From the NCBI RefSeq assembly GCF_000142905.1, contig NW_013657632.1, positions 296,626-315,632 on the forward strand: 19,007 nucleotides of DNA. Reading direction: 5' to 3'. The stretch comes from Thecamonas trahens ATCC 50062. Taxonomy: Eukaryota; Protista; Apusomonadida. The notes below the pieces were generated by a model, which had not been told where the DNA came from, did not search any database, and saw nothing but the letters and a program-made list of their open reading frames with translations. Position numbers and translations under genes: made by a program. Each line of letters begins with the position of its first letter. Within the stretch, counting starts at the first letter, position 1. Shown here piece by piece: positions 1 through 8,600 of this stretch.

Positions 1-401
1 TGTGACGCTGCTACGGTTTCACTTGCTACTGCGTGCGATTCGCAATCCACAGCACGACGGTGATGAGCGGCGAGGTCGAGAGTGAGGCCAGGAGCTTGCG
101 GTTGAGTGGAAGGCCAAAGATCTTGATGGGCCGTGGCGTGTTGAACTTGATCGCCTTTTCGAGCGTCCGCATCACCCGCTGCAGGTGCTTGGCGGCAAGA
201 TCGAGCTTGTACGGCGAGAGCTGTCGGATTGGTGGCACCATGCGGCTTGCTTTGTGCCCGCCGCGATTGCTGCTTGACGAGGACGAGGATGAGACCCACC
301 ACCGCTGTCCGTCCGAGTCGTCGGAGCCGCTGCCACCATGCCCATGGTTGTGCGCGTGCATCTTCATCGACGCCAGCTGCGCCTTGATGTTGTCAAGGTA
401 C
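1..401. repeat. Direct repeat copy A (duplicate of 1231-1631); runs off the left edge of the window
   Basis: 1-401 matches 1231-1631 with two mismatches found (22 c vs 1252 t; 176 c vs 1406 g). Identity ends abruptly after ...tgtcaaggtac (401/1631). Confidence 0.97.
26..401 (-). pseudogene. Duplicated 3' fragment of the PHTF/7TMIC-like gene
   Basis: Encodes YLDNIKAQ...VVLWIANRTQ*, identical to the C-terminus of ORF 1256-3499, but lacks the upstream part of that gene. Confidence 0.85.
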
Positions 402-905
402 CACAAACAGCGGAGTCTCGTTCCGATCACCAGGCAAGTCGATGAGAGCGCCTCGCTCCAGCAGCATGGGCACAGCATGAACTAAACCATAACGCGCCGC
501 CATATGAAAGACACCGATGATATCCTTTTCCGCAAAATTGACGGATGCGCCAGCATCAAGCAGGAGCGCCACCTTGTCCAACTCGTTCAGCGACATGGCC
601 ACGGCTGCGAGCGGAGCGACGTCCTGGTAGCAGGAGTCGAGCGAGACCCGGGTGGCGACCTGAGAGAGAAGGGCCTTCAACTTGTTGGCGCTTCCGTACC
701 GCACCACATCCAGCAACTGGTTCAGTATATTCTCCTCCCTGCGTCCTACTCTCCCCCATGCGCTTCCCGCATACGACAACCTGTGGTCACAGGTAGGTCG
801 GCTCTGGCTCGGTCTCTGGCTCCCGCCCGCTCGCTCGCCCTGTTGTGGTCCACCACCGCGACCTCGTCGGGCTCTTCTTTGGTATTGTCCCTTGCGTCTG
901 GCCAT
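393..905 (-). pseudogene. Ankyrin-repeat protein, 3'-truncated at the duplication junction
   Basis: Ankyrin-like segments (VALLLDAGASVN; VFHMAARYGLVHAVPMLLERGALID; GDRNETPLF). The third repeat is cut just after TPLF, and the stop (393-395) comes from the duplicated segment read out of frame. True start uncertain. Confidence 0.8.
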
Positions 906-1230
906 GGTGCGGGAGGGGGTGGGGTGAGGTGTGTAGGTAGTGTGGCCAGGTGCCGTCTATGGCCATCCTGTCGTCTGGTCACATCTCCTCGCCGACCCGC
1001 GTCTCCATCCGTGACCAGACGACAACTTGGCCATTCGGTACGGCAGGCCACCCGGACGTGGTTGTGCTGCTTCTCACCGACGAGCGCGTTGATCCATCAG
1101 CGTAGGACCAATGCAATGCAGCTTTCCGAGGCACACGTAGCTGTGCGGGAGACCAAGTCGTCGCGCTCCTCTTCGCTGACGATCGTGTCATGTGCTTCGG
1201 GCTCCGCCTCGGGCTCCGCTTCGGACTCGT

Positions 1231-1631
1231 TGTGACGCTGCTACGGTTTCATTTGCTACTGCGTGCGATTCGCAATCCACAGCACGACGGTGATGAGCGG
1301 CGAGGTCGAGAGTGAGGCCAGGAGCTTGCGGTTGAGTGGAAGGCCAAAGATCTTGATGGGCCGTGGCGTGTTGAACTTGATCGCCTTTTCGAGCGTCCGC
1401 ATCACGCGCTGCAGGTGCTTGGCGGCAAGATCGAGCTTGTACGGCGAGAGCTGTCGGATTGGTGGCACCATGCGGCTTGCTTTGTGCCCGCCGCGATTGC
1501 TGCTTGACGAGGACGAGGATGAGACCCACCACCGCTGTCCGTCCGAGTCGTCGGAGCCGCTGCCACCATGCCCATGGTTGTGCGCGTGCATCTTCATCGA
1601 CGCCAGCTGCGCCTTGATGTTGTCAAGGTAC
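1231..1631. repeat. Direct repeat copy B (3' end of the membrane-protein gene plus downstream bases)
   Basis: Same sequence as 1-401, offset 1230 bp. Confidence 0.97.
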
Positions 1632-3352
1632 TGCTGCAGATCGGCGATGCGGAACTCCTCCAGGAACTGGTTCTCCTTCTCCGGTAGCTCGGCGATGGAG
1701 AAAGAGGCGGTGACGGTAAAGGCGAGAAAGACGACGATAAGGACTGCGCTGATGATGCCGTACACCGCAAGCTCATCGAATGGATGGTCACTCTGGACCT
1801 CGCTCACCAAGACACGCAAGCCAAAGACGACAGCAAAGGCAACGAGAAAAATGACCGAGAAGACGAAGATCGGGTGGACGAGAGCCGAGACAAGCGAGTC
1901 GCGGTCCCACTGCCGGATCTCGCGCTTCATCCGCAGCCACATGAGAATGCTTCCGGAAGTGTTGAGCTTGAGCTCGAGGCCCTCGCCCGATGAGCTGCTG
2001 CTGTCGTCGGCGTCCACAACTTTGATGCCACCGTTGTCGTCACGGACGAGGTTAAACGCCACCAGCAAGCCGCGGTAGATCTTCCAGTAGTGGGCGGCAA
2101 TGGCGACGGCAGCAAGGAGAAAGGCAAGGGCAAAGACGAAGATCGAGTACGCCGACGAGACCACAATGAGCTTGTCGTACGTCGCGCCGCGGCCAAAGAA
2201 CTCTGGATGCTCCAGCGAGCGGTCGCCCGGATTGATGACGCGGTGCAGCGGGCCGGTAAGTGCAAGCCCAAGCGCGGCCGTCGCGGCCGCAAGACCCACA
2301 ATGGCCCGCGACCATCGCGCCTTGATCAGCCGCGAGTCACGCTTGATCTTGCGCAGCAGCAGCCGGTTGTCGATCATGTTCGTCTCGGCAGCCACCTGCC
2401 TGCTATCGCGGAGGTCGTTCTTGTAGGCGAAGCCGTCGCGGAGGTAAAAGTTGATGTCGCGGAGGTACCGCTCGTTGTTGGCCATGTCGTACACGGCGCC
2501 GGTGTCGGAGAGCCGCGACGAGAGCGAGAGGTTGTAGACGCAGACGACAACAACAACAAGCGCGGCCGGCGCAAAGACCTCCACCGACGAGATCGAGACC
2601 TCCTCAAAGTATACCACGTACAGCAGTATGTTCATCCACGCCAGATACGGAAGGAGAACGGCGGCGAGCGAGAACCAGAACATGTACCGCTTGTTCCGTT
2701 TCTCCGTCTTGGTCTGCCCGCCGTCGTCATCGCTCGAGCTGTCATCCGACGCCGTTCCCATCATCCCCACATTACGAGAGTCGGACGATCCGCTCTCGCT
2801 ATCGCTCTCGCTTTCTCCAGCGTGGCCGTAGCGGAGCCGTGCAAGCCATCTCGGCAGCTTTGCCCCGCACACGTTGTAGATGTCGACGACGAGGAAGACG
2901 GTAAAGGCGATGGGCGCCACAATCAGGACGGCCACAACCCACACCAGGCCCATGATCACCTCCTTCAGCCCCTTCCAGAACTTGGTATCCTTCACATTAA
3001 AGGTGTCAATGCGGAAAACAGACGTGCTCGACGTGCTCGACATGGTCGACGTGCTCGATGTCATGCCTTTCCAACTGGCTGACGAGCTGCTGCTCGACCC
3101 GCCCACACCTCGACCGCGCTGGAATTGCATGCCACCGGGGAGAGACACTGGCCCAGAGAGAATCCTTGCCAGTTCCACTGCCGGTGAGGATGTTGAGTGT
3201 GAGTTCCTCCCGCAACAAGCCACCGTGTGTGACTCGCTGTCGCTGCGGTGCTGCCGCATGCGTTTGGGGCTCTCTCCTTTGCACCTAGCAAAGAAAGGGC
3301 CACTGGCGCCCGAAAAAAATTGGCTGAAAAAAAGGCGTGAGGGCTTTAGCAT
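1256..3352 (-). CDS. Polytopic membrane protein (~698 aa), PHTF / 7TM ion channel (gustatory-receptor-like) superfamily candidate
   Basis: About 7-8 hydrophobic segments, S/T- and acid-rich N-terminal loops. Motifs LKLNTSGSILMWLRMKREIR, FLEEFRIADLQQYL and C-terminal PIKIFGLPLNRKLL...VVLWIA resemble PHTF and GR-type C-terminal signatures as recalled. First in-frame ATG is at 3352 (the ORF-track start at 3499 is TTG); later ATGs are possible. CDS is secure, family is moderate. Confidence 0.8.
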   Translation of the reverse strand: MLKPSRLFFSQFFSGASGPFFARCKGESPKRMRQHRSDSESHTVACCGRNSHSTSSPAVELARILSGPVSLPGGMQFQRGRGVGGSSSSSSASWKGMTSSTSTMSSTSSTSVFRIDTFNVKDTKFWKGLKEVIMGLVWVVAVLIVAPIAFTVFLVVDIYNVCGAKLPRWLARLRYGHAGESESDSESGSSDSRNVGMMGTASDDSSSDDDGGQTKTEKRNKRYMFWFSLAAVLLPYLAWMNILLYVVYFEEVSISSVEVFAPAALVVVVVCVYNLSLSSRLSDTGAVYDMANNERYLRDINFYLRDGFAYKNDLRDSRQVAAETNMIDNRLLLRKIKRDSRLIKARWSRAIVGLAAATAALGLALTGPLHRVINPGDRSLEHPEFFGRGATYDKLIVVSSAYSIFVFALAFLLAAVAIAAHYWKIYRGLLVAFNLVRDDNGGIKVVDADDSSSSSGEGLELKLNTSGSILMWLRMKREIRQWDRDSLVSALVHPIFVFSVIFLVAFAVVFGLRVLVSEVQSDHPFDELAVYGIISAVLIVVFLAFTVTASFSIAELPEKENQFLEEFRIADLQQYLDNIKAQLASMKMHAHNHGHGGSGSDDSDGQRWWVSSSSSSSSNRGGHKASRMVPPIRQLSPYKLDLAAKHLQRVMRTLEKAIKFNTPRPIKIFGLPLNRKLLASLSTSPLITVVLWIANRTQ

Positions 3353-3904
3353 GGCCAACGGCCGTGGTGTGTGGGGGAGGGGGAGGGGAAGACTGACGAT
3401 AGTGGAGAAATATTTGGCTTTCGGGCTCTTACTCTGTGTGTAAGGAAATGTGCAGGAGGGATGGATGATGGCACAAACGAGCACGCAACGACAGCACAAT
3501 CACGACCTGCAGTCTGTATCCCGTAGCATGCAGCGTGGGGTGCCATCCATCCATTCATTTCTCTAGGCTTCACAGCCATACCCTCACTCGCCTCAGCTTG
3601 CTTCTCCCCCGGTCGATCGACTTCCCTTTCCTTCCACTTCCCCTTGCCAATGAAACGCCCCAAGCCAACCACGCTCCACATAGCGCCAATGGCCATCATA
3701 ACCCTCCCCATGGCCAGCCACCACCATGCTCGCTCCCATCACAGCTGCAGACATGCCCATCATGGCGGCAGCGATGATCACCTACCTTTCCTTTGCCACG
3801 GCACTCATTGCGGCAAAGCGGCTCGGGTGGCGACTAGGTCGAAGACCGAGGGCACACTCGCGGCCACACTTGGCTCCAGGGAGCGGGAGAGAGCTACGGT
3901 CACC

Positions 3905-5286
3905 ATGTCTGTCAAACTCCATGTTCAACACGTACCTGTGGGTGACCCATTTTCGAGGTGCTGTTGGGGAGTGTTGGTGGTCCAGACAAGGTCGGGACCG
4001 TGTCCGGCATGTCCGACAACGACACGCTGGTTGCGTTGGTGCACCGATGCCCGCATCTGAAGTGCATCGATTTGACTGAAAGCGGCGAGGACATCACCGA
4101 TAGCGCACTCATGGTAGTTGCTGTCGACTGCCATGGACTTGAGGTCCTTGTTCTCAACAACTCTTCCGCCATCACCGACGACGGCCTACTCGCTGTCGTC
4201 CGCAACTGCCGGCATCTACGAACTGTGCTCATCAAGTTCTGCCGAACATCTCGTCCGACATGCCAGATATCATCGCCAGTGTGAACCCCAATGTGACGGT
4301 GACCATGACGGGTCCTTTGCGCTACGAGTCAGCGCATGCTTTGGCTCGACTCGAATCGAGATCCACGCTTGCCGCTGCGCCTATGACTCGGCAACTTCAC
4401 GGCTTTCTGTGGAACTCCGATGAGGTGCTCCCCATCGCAGCAGCCACAACCACTCCAACAGGCAATCTTAGGAGGCATGTTTGGTGGGGGCGGCGGTGAT
4501 GACGGTGGTTCGACATCCAAGTCCTTGGGGGATCCCGGTCGGCAGCCCCTGGCCACTTCGATTACCAATAGGTACCAGTCTGCCGGCTCATCGCCTACCA
4601 GCAGTCCGCCGCCGACATCGTCTCAGACAAACGAAGAAAGCGCTTCTGGAGGCTACATGGCGTCACCATCGTTTATCCAGCCGCCAGCTACAAACATTTC
4701 CGGTAGGAAGTGGGACGTGTTCATCTGCCACGGCGGCGGGGACAAGGGTATCGCCAGAGATCTCTACAACAACCTCACCGGTCGCGACCTCCGTGTCTTT
4801 CTTGACATCAAGTCGCTTGACGGTGAGCGCTGCGCAACCCCGCGTGACATGGTTGCCCACGTCAAGGCGTCATCGGTCGTTCTCGTCCTTGTTTCCAAGT
4901 TCCTCATTGTTTCGCGCTGGGCCATGGCTGAGGCCAAGGCCGCAGTGGATGCTGCCGACGCCAACCGTGGCAAGGTCTTCTCTGCCATCATCGGCAGCGA
5001 CATTACGTCGACCACGCTCCGCAACATGAAGGAGCATGATGTCAACAGCATCGACCATCCGCTCATCCACGCCATGGACAACTTCTTCCAAACCGACGCC
5101 CATCACGATCAGTGGTCCAACTGGCGGCACGAAAAGTTCACCCCTGCCCACAAGACCGATCACGTCGCCACTGTCTTCCGCCTCCTCGAGTACGGTTTCG
5201 CCCCGTTTGGTCCCAGTGACCAGCCGTCGGAAATCGTGAGCGAGATCGCCAAGCGAACACGCATCTTGGCGACAGGCTCCCCGTAG
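3905..5286 (+). CDS. Cys-containing LRR - low-complexity linker - TIR domain protein, frameshifted in this assembly (pseudogene or sequencing errors)
   Basis: Three LRR_CC/AMN1-like repeats (RCPHLKCIDLT..ITDSAL; DCHGLEVLVLNNSSAITDDGL; NCRHLRTVLIKFC). Adding one C at ~4242 gives CPNISSDMPDIIASVNPNV. A further frame change at 4387-4499 leads into the TIR ORF 4420-5286. The start at 3905 needs another 1-nt correction at ~3946; ATG 4009 is an alternative. Confidence 0.7.
4711..5283 (+). other. TIR domain (TIR_2-like) with conserved catalytic glutamate
   Basis: WDVFICHGGGDK (betaA), LRVFLD (betaB), SSVVLVLVSK (betaC), SRWAMAEAKAA matching the SxWCxxEL motif; Glu codon at 4930-4932. Confidence 0.88.
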
Positions 5287-5339
5287 ACTAACCAACCCGA
5301 TCCAAGCTCAGATCATTTGTCCCCCAAAGTGCGACGATG

Positions 5340-5367
5340 TATGTGTGTGTGGGGGGGGGGGGGGGGG
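5340..5367. repeat. Short (TG)n run followed by a G17 homopolymer, between convergent genes
   Basis: tatgtgtgtgt then G at 5351-5367, read directly. Confidence 0.9.
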
Positions 5368-5610
5368 ATGCAGACAGGGAGGGTGTGTGTTTGGGCAAAA
5401 AGAAAAAAGAATGCGTTACTCGGTATTCCCGTGTGGTCCCCCACCACAGTACTAACCAAGCCTCATGCTGCTTGACTTCCGAGAGCGAGACGGGATCGGG
5501 TATTTTCAGCATAGGATGAACGCATTCAGAACCAGAGTGACTGGCTGAGCATTTTATTGGTTTGGCGACAAAATTAGCCACTTGCCAAATGGGTTGAGGA
5601 CAGACTCCCC

Positions 5611-8600
5611 CTATTCGTAGAGATCGGCCTGAGTGTAGAAGGTGGACGGATCAAATTTGGCCCAGTTGGGGAAGATGGCCGGCATGTGCTCGTCGGCGAC
5701 GCCGAACCACTGAGCGATGCCGTGCCACATGGCCTCCCACGGCATGGTGGGCAGGACGCGACCCTTGTCGATGATCTGCGGGCCATCGTCAGAGAACTTG
5801 TTGATGTACTGGCCGAGCACCCGCTCACCGCGAAGCCCGCCACCAAGAATGACTGTGTTGCCGCCCCACGCGTGATCGGTGCCCTTGCCGTTGTTCTTGA
5901 GCGTCCGGCCAAACTCGGACATGAGGACGATGGTGGTGTCGTCCCACACGTTCTGCAGCTTGAGCTCCTGGATGAGTTGGCCGAGCGGGGTGTCGACAGC
6001 ACCGATGGCGCCGTTGAGATCGAGGCTGTTGTGAGTGTCAAAGTTGGTGGCGGTGGCGTAGTAGATACCGCGCTCCTGACCGTCGCCGCGAGCGCCGATG
6101 ATGAGCTCGGCAACACGCTTGATCTGGCGGAAGGTGAGACCTGAGCCGGACCATGAGTTGAGAAGCGAGACGGTGGCGAGCTGCTGGTTGATTTTTTCGG
6201 TCGAGTTGAGAGCAGAGTCGAGCTGGTCGCCAAAGAGGTCGGTGAGTGGCGTCGCCTCCTTGCGGGCAAGCAGCTTGTTGACGACCGGTCGGACGTCGTC
6301 GCGGTTGTTGAGCGTCTCGATCGAGGTGCCTGTTCCCACAATGTCGTACGAGACCTTGGTTCCGCTCATCGCCCGCGTTGCGCCGCGGACCGACTGCATG
6401 ACAAGAGAGTAGGTGTCGGCGATGGTGGTGGAGAGGACGTCGGCGATGCGAGCCAGGACACCCGATCCGCGGAGTGAGCCTGGGTCACACGTCCGCCCGT
6501 GGAGCTGCATCGAGCTGTGCGAGTAGAGCGAGACAGGGAGGCCGACGCGCTTCTTACGGTACTGCTCGAGGGTGGTCGGCTCGACGAGGGCGCCGATGTT
6601 GGCAAACCAGAGCGCATCGCCGTCATCGTAGGCCTGCTTGACGTTGGCAAAGGCCGGATGCATGCCAAAGGTAGAGCATGGCTGCGGATCGCCGCCGTTG
6701 TTGGTGACCGGGAGGAGCGAGCCTGTGTCCATCGCGGCCCCGCCACGGACGGACTCGTACTCGGCACGGACGCCGGCATCACAGGTGAGCGGCTCAAGGG
6801 CAGCGAACGAGTCGAGCCCACCCTCGAGGAAGATCATTACAAGGGCCTTGAACGGGCGGGTGCTGCCCGATGTGGTCGAGGACTCGGCCCGCGACCGTTC
6901 GGTCGGCTGGGCCACGTTGGTGGTGTAGAACTCGGGCGCGGCGATCATGATCTTGGCCGTCCGGCGGATGGCAGCAGCGCGGCCAGACTCGGCGTCGACC
7001 CGCTCAAAATCAGTCAAGAGCGTGGTGTGCGTGGCCATGCCCGGCAGGATCCGCCCGCCGGTAAGGACAAGCGAGAGCTCGTCGACGATGTCGGCGGCGG
7101 TCGAGGCAGCGTGCTTGGTCGCTGCGTTCTCAAGCGCGTCGAGGTAGCCATCAGCGTACGGCTTGGGATCGCCGCACCCGTACGTCCGCAGGTCGTCGCC
7201 AAACCCGCTAGCGCAGTGGGTGAGGCCGTAGTCCATGAGCGAGTGGATGCCGTTGAGCAGCGAGACCATGATGGGCGGGGTGGCGAGCTGGGCAGCTGGA
7301 GAGAAGAGGCCTTCATCGAGCATGCGCCCGGACGGCTGGTATTCGGGCAGATAGAAGGAGAAAACCGATGGCGCAGTGAGCGGCTGCATGGCGATGGGAG
7401 ACGAAGTCTGCAGCTGAAGCTCGCGCTTGATCGGCGACTGGTAGTCCAGCCCCCGGAGGACGCGATGGAGGAGCATGAGAGGATCGTTGACCATGCCAAA
7501 CGAGGTGTCGGCCAACAGGACGTCGGACCGGGCCTCGCGATCGGTGAGGATGGCAAAGATGGCGGCGCCGAGATCGCCGTAGGTGTTAGAGAAGGCATGG
7601 ACGGTGCCATCGCGAGTGGTGACCGAGCCGGTCCGGAAGGCCTTGACCACCTTTTCCATGTACCGTGGCGACGGGTTCGATGTGACCAGGTTCTGGATGA
7701 GACGCCAGCAGACAAACGGCGCGGTGGCATCGTGCTCGACCAGCATCTCGAGCAAGGCGCTGACCTCATCGTGCGCCGTGTGGGCGAACATACCGAGGCT
7801 ATCGTAGTCGGCGTTAAAGACTTTGCCAAAGCCGACAAAGCGGGTAAAGGTCGGCGCGTTGCGGAAGGAGTAAGCATCGCCGTCGCCGAGGTAGACCGTC
7901 GAGACCCGGTTGAGGATGAAGCGCGGCCGACCGCCCAGGCGGAAGGCCGGGAGCGCAAAGATGGTACGCGCTGAGAAGCTGCCACCATCGCCCGAGTGAA
8001 GCCAGATGGTGGCGCCTGTGGTGTTGGCCACAGACTTGCACACATCGGTGGTGCACTCGGCGTACACACCCGCACCGTACATTGACGGCGCGGTGGCGCC
8101 GATGTGGACGTTGGCGAGGAGATCGGCCGACGTGGCGTTGATCAACTGCTCCGGAGAAGTGTAGACGACCGAGTCGACGACGCGTGTGGAGCAGATGCAC
8201 GAGACACCATCGGCCGTGGGCTCGGCATCACAGCCGGCAGGGCAGACGCCGTCGATGGCGAGGAGCGGGTCCGAGTTCCAGACGACGCGGAAAAAGTTGT
8301 TGGAAGACTTTTGCAGCACCTTTTCGGTGCTGAGAGCGATATCGTCGACGACGCCGACGCGGCCGCTGGCGTAGATCTGAGCCTTGATGGAGCAGTTGGA
8401 GTTGGCCCAGTAGCTCGAGCGATCGAGACAGGTCCTACCCCAACCACCGTTGGTGATAGTGTGATCGCAGAGAACAGCACCGGCAGCGGAGCAGCGCGCG
8501 ACGGCCTCAGTGTGGCTCACCTTCTCGTGAATAAAGTTGCAGATGCCCGGGACGACGGTCATAGAGCGGGTGTTGGTCGGCGAGCAGCAGAGCGGCATGG

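Noticed and set aside
1-1631. The direct repeats as LTRs of a mobile element
   Set aside because: The repeats are host gene sequence, and no RT, integrase or transposase is seen in the window.
3021-3062. 9-bp gacgtgctc repeats as regulatory sites
   Set aside because: Explained by Ser/Thr low-complexity coding on the minus strand.
33-3443. + strand ORFs 33-485, 504-1235, 1263-2078, 2090-3082
   Set aside because: Antisense shadows of the membrane and ankyrin genes.
4387-4434. Kinase-activation-loop-like TAFCGTPMRCSP upstream of the TIR
   Set aside because: No DFG, HRD or APE motif nearby; probably chance.
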